From Williopsis jadinii (Eukaryota), in contig AP024666.1 of assembly GCA_024346625.1 (NCBI GenBank), positions 1,612,001 to 1,676,000 of the forward strand: a DNA stretch of 64,000 bases, written 5' to 3'. The position numbers and the translations under genes were made by a program. How positions within the stretch are numbered: position 1 is the stretch's first letter; every line of letters starts with the position of its first letter. Positions 33,993 through 45,062 of this stretch are shown in pieces. The notes under the pieces were generated by a model. The model saw only the letters and a program-made list of their open reading frames with translations, did no database searches and was not told where the DNA came from.

Positions 33993-34247
33993 GGTGGCCA
34001 TTTCCTTCTACGTCATGGTGGCCAAGTGCTTCCTTCTTTGTTAGCCATGCCCTTCCTTCATTGGTGGCCAAGTCCTTCCTGCTTTGGTGGCCACTTCCTT
34101 CCAGCTTTGTTAGCCACTTCCTTCCAGCTTTGGTGACCATGTCCTTCCTTCTTTGGTGGCCAAGTCTTTCCTTCTTTGGTGGCCACTTCCTTCCAGCTTT
34201 GGCGACCATGTCCTTCCAGCTTTGTTAGCCTTTTCCTTCTACGTCAT
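33993..34247. repeat. 23-bp minisatellite, 11 units
   Basis: Consensus GGTGGCCAnnTCCTTCCAGCTTT; nine internal 23-nt units and two terminal 24-nt units both ending TTCCTTCTACGTCAT. Confidence 0.92.
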
Positions 34248-34540
34248 GGTGTGTGTCAGGAGGATCAGTTCTCGAGCTCTGTTGAGTGTAGGTAGAACCG
34301 TAGGGGAGGTGTGGTTGCGTGAGACACACAGCAGCTACGGAGAAGCGAACGGGAAGCCACGGAGAAACTACGGAGAAACTCCCCTAAGGGTAGTCCAGAC
34401 CAGATCACCGTCTGTAATTCACCAGTAGACCCTGAAATGGTCTTTATTTATATATGGCTGAACACAGCACCTCGTCCCACAGTCTCGTTGAGCTGGCAGG
34501 TATCAATTCGCCTGCTGTGTTCCGTAATCGGTGCATACTG

Positions 34541-35854
34541 TTAGCCCCAGATTGCGTTGGAAAGCCAGCAGAGACCACCGCCCCATGTTAGTTGTTCCAA
34601 TGCCCATTTCGCCCACAGAGGCCTTACCCAGTGCCAGAGATCGGCACAGACAACACCACTCTCCCTTTCAGGTCCATGGCCCAGCGAGATGAACTTCTTG
34701 GCTGGACATCTCTGTGCAAAATTGTACCACTTGGCCCTTTGGCAGAGCGCACTTCTCTCAAGGTGCTTGGTGAGGGGCCCAGTAGGCCCTTCTATGTACT
34801 TCCATTCCCAGGGCGACCAACGCTGGCGAGGATCGTTGGGTGGTAATTTGTCGTCTCCCCAACGACCATCGTATAACAGCCAGTCGCCATATGCCAATTC
34901 TCTGTGGTTGTCGGGTTTACTGGTGTTACTCACTGGAGACACGCTGGAGCCATCCCATGTGTATCCCAGATAGTTCAAGGATGGGTCCCAAAGAGCACCA
35001 CGGTCTGTAAAGTCGCTCAAGATGCCAAATGGTAGGTCGTGGGAATGCTGGCCAGTGGATGGATAGTTGGCATGAGTACCCCTAGCGCTGAATATGACAG
35101 GTTTGCCAGTGTCCGTCTTCTCAAGGGCACTGTAGTAATACGCACCGCCACCACCATGAGCAGACATCCACACGTAAACTGGAATGCCCTTGTAGAATCT
35201 CGTTAGAGAGTGTTCCCAATCACCAATGTGATTCCCGTATGGACCATGACCCATGACGAAAGGTCCCAAATTGAAGGAGTAGAAGTAAAACCAATACGCA
35301 TCTACCCACCCATTCCCCTTGTCGACAACTATTAGGGTACTTGGAGCATCCCGTATTCTTCCTGTCGATAGATCAGGCTTGTTCAGCTTGCCCGTTAGCC
35401 ACTCTGGATCGTTATCAAACTCATGATCCGAGGTTAAGAACAGCTCCTCGTCCTTCAAACTCTCATTCTTCGCAAATGAAGCCAACATGGGTAGTGATAA
35501 AGGTGCATTGTGTATCACGGTATGGTTCTTCGTCTCAACGTGGAAATACCTCACGTAGTCTGCAATGTCATAGGGGAGGTATGTCTCCTCTGTGTAGAGA
35601 TGAACTTTAGGACAGTACGCCAGCACATAGTCCGGTATCTCTCCAGGTGTTAGCACTTTGGTATTGGCATCTAGAGGTAGAGACCCGATTGGTGGTAATC
35701 TCTTCAAATTCAAATGAGGGTTCCTGGATGCGATATACTCCACAACGGCTGTCTCGTTTACCTCAAACCCTTGGAAGTAATCTGAGGCTAGATCAATAGG
35801 CAATGAGCTCACCACTAACGGCAGTAGTAGTGTTATTATGTGTATTGTGTTCAT
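34541..35854 (-). CDS. VPS62: Vps62/Tda6 family protein
   Basis: Signal peptide; IPDYVLAYCPKVHLYTEE, WVDAYWFYFYSFNLGP, GNHIGDWEH, SARGTHANY. Confidence 0.88.
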   Translation of the reverse strand: MNTIHIITLLLPLVVSSLPIDLASDYFQGFEVNETAVVEYIASRNPHLNLKRLPPIGSLPLDANTKVLTPGEIPDYVLAYCPKVHLYTEETYLPYDIADYVRYFHVETKNHTVIHNAPLSLPMLASFAKNESLKDEELFLTSDHEFDNDPEWLTGKLNKPDLSTGRIRDAPSTLIVVDKGNGWVDAYWFYFYSFNLGPFVMGHGPYGNHIGDWEHSLTRFYKGIPVYVWMSAHGGGGAYYYSALEKTDTGKPVIFSARGTHANYPSTGQHSHDLPFGILSDFTDRGALWDPSLNYLGYTWDGSSVSPVSNTSKPDNHRELAYGDWLLYDGRWGDDKLPPNDPRQRWSPWEWKYIEGPTGPLTKHLERSALCQRAKWYNFAQRCPAKKFISLGHGPERESGVVCADLWHWVRPLWAKWALEQLTWGGGLCWLSNAIWG

Positions 35855-38582
35855 GGTATCTTCTCGAGTGCAATCGTGCTATGTTGCAATGCAAACTAAA
35901 CGTTGAAACAGCCGGAAGATATGGCTCTTCTTTTATAAAATTTGTATAGGTGTGAGGTACTTTTTGGTGTCAAAGAATGTGAGACGGAAGCACACGGCTA
36001 AACGTCTGAATCTCCCGACCGAGCCTTTTTTCAATTTAGCCGAAAACGGCAACTGCTTTATTGTTTGATTTCCGGGACGTTTCCCCGGAATTCCTATAAC
36101 AAGTCAGGTGATCACAGCTTTCTTTGGAACAACTTGGTCTAATACTAGCATCATGTTGCTCAGACGAGCGTATACAAGGTTCATAGAGGTGGAGTTGATG
36201 AAGCAGGTCACGCGTATGGAGCGTGGAGTTCATTTGGCTAGTTCATAAATACGTGAAGTGTATATGTATTATGCTCCTTCGGCTGAGACTTCTCAAAGAT
36301 CTAACGAACACCTTGTTCTCTCGTGATTACATGTCTTACAAGCAGTGTATAAACTGTTCGAAGTGCCCTCATTGTGAGACTGTACCCGTTCATGGTGCGT
36401 GTATTCATCCGGATGGGAATCTCAAAGCAATTGTTGGTTCTGGTGCGAATACAGTTCAGCCTACGGTTTGACGTATCGGTGATCAACTGGTGTCAAAACA
36501 CGGCATTTCAATAATTAAAGTCTTGAGGGGAGATTCATAATATTTCAAATACAAAACGACCCTTCTAAACCTGCTGTGTCACGCTGTGGAACACTATCAT
36601 AAGCATTCAGCTAGCCCATGTGATTGGCAATTGTTTTATAGCCCTCTCTCAATATGCAGGTGAATGCATGTTCCAGTCGCAATTTATCTCCAAATATGCC
36701 CGATGAGTTCGTGAGCAGAGATGGGCTTAGACATTCATTGCACAGAAGGGCCCTCTTGAACTGCTTGGTACTGTTTGTTGATCTGTGTGTACGTCTCCCG
36801 TGTAAAGAACAGTAATCAAGCAAATGCTCGGTCGATCGCCAGTATATGATGATGCGGACATTTGAAAGCGTGTAGAACGAGCGCGTCAATTTGTTATTCT
36901 TAGCTGAGCGTGGGAAAAGTCAACACCTAGACTGCCAGAGTTTAGAGTCCTTGTAAGACTGACTTCCTCTCATTTGAAATAATTTAGCACTTGATGATTC
37001 AGAAAGAGAAATTCCTTGTAACAATTGTTTTTCTGGAGTCAATTTTTAGATCTGTCACTCACTCCATGGACTACAAAGAGTGACGCAACTGAAACATTGG
37101 TTAAGCTAATGAAAAATACTCAGGTACTGTTCACCACCCAATGTTGTCAAATACTGACTTAGAAAGCACTGGTGCATATGAAAATTACAAAGTTACTTGA
37201 AGTAGTTCAATGGAATACGACCTTCAATGAATGTGCCATATATACCGACGCCTACTCAAACGGCAGAAAAGGCACATGTGGTAGAATTTGAGACAACTCG
37301 GATATTGATCAATTATTCTAAACATCTTCCGTTATCAATATTTCAAGTACGCCGTTGTTCATGCAGTTATTAGCATTGAATATGATGAAGACTACTCGGT
37401 TCTAATCTCTGGGTTTATCGATGAAGTTTGAAGGAAGAGTCGTTCATCCTGCACCGAATGTACATCAGATAGGTATTGAAAAGTTCAATTCAACGAATAG
37501 AAGGGAGTACTTTTAGGTCTCAGTATTGAAAGAGTTGTGTGTTGGTCTTTCTTTTTTTGAAAGAGCGGACAAAGGTGCTGTAACCTGTTATTACTACCAC
37601 AGTAATGAGAGACTCATCGTAAGATTCACCTTTACAACACCGGGATGATGTCATTAATATCATGGAATTTGATAGTAAACCGTCAAGCTGAAAACACAGA
37701 GATGACTAACAGCGGTGATAACTGTTGAATAGAAGGACACGAGCGATCAACGAGCAATGTTGTGCCAAAAGATGTAAAACTACAAGAGAGAACTCTCCAA
37801 GTGGCACTGAAGATTTGTCATAGTTGGGTGTCGATGGGTGTTGATTATCTGCTGAACAACATTGATTGCAAAGGCAGGTTTGAGCTTCCATCATCTTGGT
37901 CAACATCGACTTTGCCCTTCCTGAACAACTTCTGTCACGCCTTAAGAGACTAGTAGCCCTACCATCCACATAACAAAGATTACTTGATATCCAATAAACC
38001 CAGGGTCTCAACCAGTTACTCGGTGTCCACCACTTCTCGACTCTCCAACTTCACTGAGTTCAATTCCAATGCAAAGAAAAATCTTGACCTGTCACACTTT
38101 AAAGGCGGGCTTCAAGATAACATAGTGGCTCTACCGTGACTAATGCCCTTTTCTAACCTTATTTTCATCAGCCTGCATAAACTATGCGCCATTATATGCG
38201 AGTTTACATAAGCTTTGTGAGAAAAAGGCGAAAAAAAGTACCGTGAGCATTGAGCACTAAGCACACAGGGACGCATATTTCAGTCTCTTGGCCAGCGTCT
38301 TGAGACTTTGCTCTTGGAGCAGTGCACACTTGTTGCAAACACGCAGTTAGGGCTTACAAAGGGTTATGACTGATAGATGTAAAGGTCATAACGTGTCATT
38401 AAAAAGTATTTGCAAATGAATATACGTCTCCAACTAGGATTCCCTTGGGGAGAAAAGGGATTTAAGGATGAAAATGCGATTGTTCTCGGCTTGATGAGTG
38501 CACTCGGTACGTGTAAAATAGCTCAATCAACACGTACCGGCTCTGTGTAAAATTTCCGAATTAGCCTCCATAGCGGATGATG

Positions 38583-39335
38583 TTAAGCCCTTGATGTAAC
38601 CGTCGATAGCTGACTATCTCTGGTCTTGGTTCTATTCATCGTGACAAGTATTGAACCGTCGCTACTCAAGACGCTTCCCCTGTTAACCGGTGGCTGAGGT
38701 CTTGTCTTTGTAGATTCAGGAAGGGACGTGGATGACATCGTAGATATGTACGAGCGAGAGCTCATTGAGCGACGAGGTCTTTGAAACTGCTGTGAATGTC
38801 TCGACTTCTTAGAGGAGGAACGCGCCATCGTGGCAGCGCCCAGCTTTGGCGAAGTTGGTGAGGATTCAGAACCTGGAACCTTGTAAACACCGTTAAGTAT
38901 ATCCTGGCGGGTCACCACTTTAACATGTTTTGTCTGTAGTGACTTTCGCTGTTGCTTCTTAGATGCCAGTTGGTCTGTTTGCTGTTGCGGTAGTTGCCGC
39001 TGTCCTTGTTGTTGGATACAAGGTTGTGTGTCAGATCCCGTCGATGCCTTTCTCGAAGAGGACCCAGACTCGGTTGATAAATCAGCATCCAGCTGTGATG
39101 AAGATTTAGACATGGGCAAGTGGAAGAACCCGCCTCTCTTCGAAGGTATAAGAACCTCCTTGATCAACTTCGAGTGGAAACTCCAGATCTTTGTGAACAC
39201 CTGTATGCAAGACAATGCTAGAGAATGACGTTCATTGGCCTCTTTTGGAGACTCGTGTTTAGACCTTGGGCTCGAATCTCTGGCCTGCCCCATATCTGAT
39301 GTAATCCAAGGCTGTACTATAACACTTGAAGCCAT
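38583..39335 (-). CDS. Hypothetical Ser/Gln-rich, probably disordered protein
   Basis: 250-codon ATG ORF, A-rich leader (ACACACAAATAG ATG), TATAAA about 265 nt upstream; no family recognised. Confidence 0.6.
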   Translation of the reverse strand: MASSVIVQPWITSDMGQARDSSPRSKHESPKEANERHSLALSCIQVFTKIWSFHSKLIKEVLIPSKRGGFFHLPMSKSSSQLDADLSTESGSSSRKASTGSDTQPCIQQQGQRQLPQQQTDQLASKKQQRKSLQTKHVKVVTRQDILNGVYKVPGSESSPTSPKLGAATMARSSSKKSRHSQQFQRPRRSMSSRSYISTMSSTSLPESTKTRPQPPVNRGSVLSSDGSILVTMNRTKTRDSQLSTVTSRA

Positions 39336-41381
39336 CTATTTGTGTGTTGTTGTTGCTGTTGCTTGTTGCTTCTTCTCTGCTTTCTTGTGTGTATTCTAAG
39401 CAAAACCTGCACCGACAAGAGAACCGTGTTTGTGTAAATACGAAGAGCAGAACACAGCTGTTTTGAATTCTGGAACTCCTGGGTGTAGTGGTGATTGAAG
39501 AGGTTTAATGTCTCTTTCCGGCTCTCTATGGACTCAATAACCCTCTTATGGTAATTGTGTAGACAACCAGTATAGGACAAGGAGAAAAGAAAAATGTTTA
39601 TAAATGTTTTTTGAGATGACAGTTCAATGCACAGAAAACGTTTCAAGTTTCGGCCTCGGCAAAATATAAAACACTAAAGCAATTTCCAGGGTCAAAGGCT
39701 TCTGCAGCGAGAAGCAGTGTGGATTGGAAGGAAAGGCTTCAAACACGCAAACTTGAGGTGGAATGAACAAGATAGAAACGGGGGCGAAAAAAGAACCCTC
39801 TTGTGTCTTTGGGAGACGTCGATATTCGTGTTCAAAACGATAGCCCTTCTTCGTGGGGCTTTAGCTATGCTCAGTGTAGAGAGACTAATAGATTAGTGTG
39901 ATCTCTCCCAAGAATTTGATGTCTGCGTACAAAGCTCTGGTACACGCCTGAATTTCATCAAAGTGTGACTTTTGGGGGAATTTGGAACTGATATTTATAC
40001 ATCAACTAAACGAACAAGGGAGTGCGAAACCCACCAATCTGGGCAGGCGACACAGAAGGTACATGAACTTTGGTGGTGATAATGAACAAAATCACCCTGC
40101 CAGCATGCTGACCAATTTGGGTTCAGATGCATATAATTTTTTATGTCTCTCTCAATGCCTGAAAGTCAAACTCGGAATAAAACGCCATATGTCGGCTCTA
40201 CAATCTCTATGGTATCTCGGGTTTGATGATGAGAGGTGCAGCTGACGAGTACCCGACCTTGGTGCCATGGAATTGGCCAATTTCTTTCTGATCACACAAA
40301 TCCGACACCCCTTGTTTCGACTCTCTGGTGTTATTCCAAAGATTTTTTCGGTTTAGGTCCCTTGTTCCATCCCTTCAATGGAGCTCAGGAATCCATCAAT
40401 TACACACGCGCCTGTTTGGTTTGCCACCTAATGAAAGACGCAAACCACCGTCTCGCACGAAAGTTTCCCTGTTACGCAGTCTGTTTTTTGTTTTTTGGGG
40501 AAAACCTTATTTTCCTTCGGCCTAAAGATTTTGCCAGGTTGAGGAAAATAAACCCGAAGCCCGTACACCGGGGTTTTGAGATGTCCGTTGCCGAAGTCAG
40601 CTAAGCCAACTCAATGGCATTTACAGTGGCTTGATTCGATTCTTTTATTGTTGAAGGTGGTGGAGTAAAACATGGCGGTTGATCCTTGAAAACCCAGGGC
40701 CAGTGGACCGTTTCCTCTCAGATGCTCCTGTGGTTTGAAGCTGAGCAAACTGGTGCGGTTCGGATCGGTAACATGTAGGGACTGAATCTTATTGAGGGAG
40801 TCTGCTGGCTCAAAATTAAGTGTCTTTGGAGTTTTTTGGCCTACACATCGTCAAATTTGCACGGCTTTAGCGTCTTATCCAAATGTAATGATTTGTCGGA
40901 TATCACCTTATGTTGGCCTTCTTTCTTTACCGTTGTTGTAGTTACCAAAACTCACCATTCCGAAGAGCTTCAGCTTCCGAATTACTCATCAGGATTCATT
41001 GCGCACCTTCTTCTCCGTATAACTGACAGGTTAAACCATAGAGGTCATAGGACTACAATGTAATGAAGCACAAGTTACCAAAAAACATATAGAACCCATA
41101 AGTGTTCTTAACGAAAACAAGCTATCTGTATAGATTAGGTTCATGATTTTCTTCCTCTATCCATATGCCGACTGAACATGGGTTTGACTACATGTACGTA
41201 CACGACAACTTAAATAATCCTGTTCCTGGACGGGTTCGGACATCGGGACTACATCATTTTGTTGGATAGATAAAATATACCTCCCCCTCCCCCACTGAGG
41301 TTGGCTCAAGACTCATTGGTTTACAATAGGTGAACTTCATAAGTTATTGAAACAAATATTTCTATAGCGAGATTGTTGGAG

Positions 41382-44027
41382 TCATATGGGCTCATCATTC
41401 TTCCATAGAGTTGAGAGAAAGGAATCATCAAGTTTCCTATCTTTCTTCAATGGACTCGGAATGGCCTTCTTAACCTGTGAATAACGCACCTTAAGAGCCT
41501 CCATGCGCTTTCTCCTTATTCTCTCAGATCCCGGCATAGTTGATCTACCACCGCTGTACAACAGACTCGAGGTCTCTAATGGATCACGAGTGAACTTCTG
41601 CGGTGTTATCATGGCTTCAAAGCTGCTAATTGGAGACTTCCCCCGCGTCGGCGAATCATCAGGGTCAAATGACTCATCGCTTAGTGCTCTGAAGGTGCTC
41701 TCCATAGTGTCTTCTAGTTTTGATCTCCACAATGAAAGAATTCCCCTGAGGCGGGCCCGACTCCACCGTGATCTAAATTTGTCAACAGCCTCATTGTCCC
41801 GGCGGGCTTTCATGAGTTCAATGGACCAAAGGTTAAGATACGTCATGCTCAATTTCAAGTCCCTCTCTTCCTCAAACTCCACAAGGGACAGCTGCAATTC
41901 TTGCGTCCTGAGATAGGCCAACTGCAACTTTGTCAACCCTGTAGACAAGAGGTTTGTTTCGTTCATGCCATTAGCCCTTTGTTCCAGATCGTTAAATAGA
42001 TCGTACTGCTGTAACCAACGATCAAATGTTGGACGCAATAAAGTCTCCTTCAAGAAATCACGCTTAAACAAGATTTCCTGATCCACATAAGTTTGGTACC
42101 GGTCATACCAAGCTCTCAAGGCGTTCAAAGTCCGGGTCTTGGAAATCTGTGCTTCAAACTCTGAAATCTTTGGTAGCAATTTGATCTCAACTCTGTTATC
42201 GTACGCATCATTCCACTTCTGAAAGAACAAAGTCTTGACCGTATTCCAAGGATCTTCTTTGTATACATTGGCTGCTCTGATGGTCATTTCATCGATTGAC
42301 CGCTTCTTTGCGCTTAGTTTTGTAAAGAACTTCTTGATGGCCATTCTGTCTGCAGCTTTGCTATCCATGCATAACTCGGTTAAACTACGCTTCCAGTTTT
42401 CGAAATAAATGACCTTGGTATACGAGTCCATAGCCTTTTTCGCCAATTCTGAAGAGTCCATCACCTGGGTATATTTTTTGATCCATTTGTTGAGAAATAT
42501 TTGCTGGACAAAGCCCTCGTGATACTTTCCCAACTTTTTCAACTTTACCTTCTCTCTCCATGACTGAAATGTACTTTGTTCAATAGACCGCTCATACTTC
42601 CTCAGAGTTAGTTTGTAATACCAAGAGCCAAAATACCTGGCCATTAATTTACCTCGTAAATTGTCCAAGAACTTTTGAGCTTTCTGATCGTTTTCAAACT
42701 TCCTTTTGAACTGATTCATTACAAACTGTTTGAGAAATTCCCTGCGCTTCTCGATGACTTCGTTTTGTTTCAACTTTAAGAATAAATTGTACCTCCATAA
42801 ACTCAAAAACTTCTGTTTTGAATATGCTTTGTGTATTTCCTCCAATTGATGTGTCTGGCCTAACGATCTAGACATGATACCTTTCCATTTGGTGAAAAAG
42901 AATCCACCGAGAAGAGCCATCTCCAAATCAGAAGCGCATTGCTCCATAACTTCTAGTTGTCTCGCTTTCTTTGTCCACTTGGCAAAGAAAACCGACAGGA
43001 TTCTTTGCGCTGTTATTGACTTCAACCTCCATTGTTTGAATATTTTACGTAACAAGTTCGTAGAGTAAAGTTCCTTGCCTTTCTCCGACGAGTTAAGCCT
43101 GTCAACCCATTTGGATAATATTTTCGATTGTGTTTGTAGATCACACACAGTTTCTAATTCCTGGCATTCTTCAAAGTTTGCTCTCCAAATATCCCAGAAC
43201 TTCATCGTTGATTTCACCTTGGCGAATATCTCTGCATTGTTTTGGTAATCTTCAGTTACACTCTTCAATCTGAAATACCAGGCAGCAATGTATTTCTTCT
43301 TCAAGTACAACTGCCATGCTTGGACGTTCTTGTCCATTTCATGGTTCTTTCTCCTTTTTATGAGCCATATTTTGAAGAATTTGGCCATATTGTTAAACTC
43401 CCTGAAATGAAGAAAATTTGACAGTTTCATCGCTTCATTACACGGATGCTTCACAAAGATATCTATAACTTTGTATAATTTCGAATAATCACCACCGGAC
43501 CGTAGTTGGTTATAGACAGTGATGATGAACTTATCAGTTGCAGGGTCTAGCTCATGCTCTTCAAGTATGGCAATGTAGTTAGCAAAAATGCCCTGGAAAT
43601 GAGCGTTGGTTTCAGTCAGTGGTAATTGACTCAGCAGCTGCTCCAACAGGTGTAAGTCTAAGGGTATTACATGCCTTACTGAGGTGGTTTGTTGTCGCTG
43701 CGCGAGAAGATCTTGCTCATCTGTACCATCATCATCATCATCATCCACCTGCAATTCCAGTGAGCTCCCGCTGACGGTGCGATGTATCGGTGTGATTGGA
43801 ACCAAATCGTCGCCTATTATCACAGTACGTTCACTCACATTAAACTGTCTAGGCGATTTACTCCTGGATAACGCGTTCACGTCCGCATTGAGGTAACTAT
43901 CTGTTGACTCCCATTGTACGCGTTCTCGTGTCGCAGCTTCTCTGTCACGAGTAGGCGACCCAAGGTCCAACTGCGTCACTTTGTTGATAAGCTCCTGCGT
44001 ATCCAATGCCCTCTCTGGACGCTCCAT
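41382..44027 (-). CDS. SFI1: Spindle pole body half-bridge protein Sfi1
   Basis: Many Trp-centred repeats (FxxW, LxxW) spaced about 23-35 aa apart; C-terminal SP/TP sites; first ATG at 44027. Confidence 0.85.
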   Translation of the reverse strand: MERPERALDTQELINKVTQLDLGSPTRDREAATRERVQWESTDSYLNADVNALSRSKSPRQFNVSERTVIIGDDLVPITPIHRTVSGSSLELQVDDDDDDGTDEQDLLAQRQQTTSVRHVIPLDLHLLEQLLSQLPLTETNAHFQGIFANYIAILEEHELDPATDKFIITVYNQLRSGGDYSKLYKVIDIFVKHPCNEAMKLSNFLHFREFNNMAKFFKIWLIKRRKNHEMDKNVQAWQLYLKKKYIAAWYFRLKSVTEDYQNNAEIFAKVKSTMKFWDIWRANFEECQELETVCDLQTQSKILSKWVDRLNSSEKGKELYSTNLLRKIFKQWRLKSITAQRILSVFFAKWTKKARQLEVMEQCASDLEMALLGGFFFTKWKGIMSRSLGQTHQLEEIHKAYSKQKFLSLWRYNLFLKLKQNEVIEKRREFLKQFVMNQFKRKFENDQKAQKFLDNLRGKLMARYFGSWYYKLTLRKYERSIEQSTFQSWREKVKLKKLGKYHEGFVQQIFLNKWIKKYTQVMDSSELAKKAMDSYTKVIYFENWKRSLTELCMDSKAADRMAIKKFFTKLSAKKRSIDEMTIRAANVYKEDPWNTVKTLFFQKWNDAYDNRVEIKLLPKISEFEAQISKTRTLNALRAWYDRYQTYVDQEILFKRDFLKETLLRPTFDRWLQQYDLFNDLEQRANGMNETNLLSTGLTKLQLAYLRTQELQLSLVEFEEERDLKLSMTYLNLWSIELMKARRDNEAVDKFRSRWSRARLRGILSLWRSKLEDTMESTFRALSDESFDPDDSPTRGKSPISSFEAMITPQKFTRDPLETSSLLYSGGRSTMPGSERIRRKRMEALKVRYSQVKKAIPSPLKKDRKLDDSFLSTLWKNDEPI

Positions 44028-44210
44028 CGTACTGTGTCCGAGCACCTCGATAAGTCACGCAGAACACCTTCAATCTTTAATACCCGTCAAAGCATATCCT
44101 TCCTCGAAACTGTTAACCGCCCACAGCGTTGTTTTTGTTTACCTTTTTCGTTGTTGTATGGCCTGGTTAGCAGTTTATGTGGTGTCCGGATGTCTTCCAC
44201 CCCCAGAGTC

Positions 44211-44224
44211 TCGGAACTTGCCGA
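44211..44224. promoter_or_regulatory. Ppr1/UaY-type Zn2Cys6 site TCGG-N6-CCGA upstream of DCG1
   Basis: TCGGAACTTGCCGA, followed by GATAAG (44252) and TATAAAA (44271). Confidence 0.55.
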
Positions 44225-44374
44225 AGATGTCCCCAACGGCTGGACGGTGCTGATAAGATACACACGGATGTATAAAACTGGGACATCTTGTGTTTCTTTG
44301 ACTTTCTCAGCCACCAACAATGCGTCGTTTGTCATAGGTGGTTGTACTGTGTTTACAATTGGAAAGGGCTCAAC

Positions 44375-45052
44375 ATGGGTACAATTAATAGGCTTCTTAT
44401 CATCAACCCAAACTCTTCGCAGTCTGTCACGGATAACTTGAAGAGTCTGTTGCCGGTACCACCAGCAACTGAGTTAGAATTCTACACAGGCCCACCAGAT
44501 GCTCCACCCGAGATTGATGGGCCCGAGACTTCCAAGAAGTCCACAGAGGTTTGTCTCCCGGACCTTCTGAAGCACTACGTTGATGATTACTCGGGTTATC
44601 TGGTCTGCTGTTATTCAGACCATCCGTTAATCTACGAATTGAGGAAGCATACTGCCAAACCGGTTTTGGGTATATTCCAGGCAAGCGTTACTTATGCCCT
44701 CACACAGAGCCCTGATAAGTTTGATATCTTGACCTCCACGTCCTCGTGGGAGAAGATCCTCGACGATGCGGTTTATCACCTGTTTGGTGGTGCTAATGTG
44801 CCACTGTTCACTGGGACAGTGGCATCAAATGTTGAAGTGCTGAAGCTTGGTGATCCAAAGTACTTCAAGAAGTTGGTTGAAAGGGCGCGCATCTGTGTGG
44901 ATTCCGGGGCAAAGACAGTCTTATTGGGTTGTGCAGGTCTGTCTGGGTTAGAAGCGAAGCTGGAGGCTGAATTTGATGGCGTGAAATTCATTGATAGTGT
45001 CAAAATTGGAGCTGAATTACTCAACTCCTTGGTTAGATTCAATAGTCTTTAA
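44375..45052 (+). CDS. DCG1: Asp/Glu/hydantoin racemase family protein Dcg1
   Basis: LIINPNSS, GYLVCCYSDHPL, GIFQAS, LLGCAGL; first ATG at 44375. Confidence 0.88.
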   Translation: MGTINRLLIINPNSSQSVTDNLKSLLPVPPATELEFYTGPPDAPPEIDGPETSKKSTEVCLPDLLKHYVDDYSGYLVCCYSDHPLIYELRKHTAKPVLGIFQASVTYALTQSPDKFDILTSTSSWEKILDDAVYHLFGGANVPLFTGTVASNVEVLKLGDPKYFKKLVERARICVDSGAKTVLLGCAGLSGLEAKLEAEFDGVKFIDSVKIGAELLNSLVRFNSL

Positions 45053-45062
45053 ATTCATATAG

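Noticed and set aside
33993..34247. CRISPR-like array
   Set aside because: Head-to-tail repeats with no unique spacers, no cas genes, eukaryotic context
33706..34428. ORFs spanning the 23-bp repeat
   Set aside because: Unit length is not a multiple of 3 and ORFs appear on both strands; a by-product of stop-poor repeats
37683..37715. U6-like ACAGAGATGA motif
   Set aside because: The U6 internal stem-loop and 3' sequence are absent; likely chance
36600..38150. Possible decayed gene in a long intergenic region
   Set aside because: Only short ORFs with no recognisable motif; a tBLASTx search would be needed
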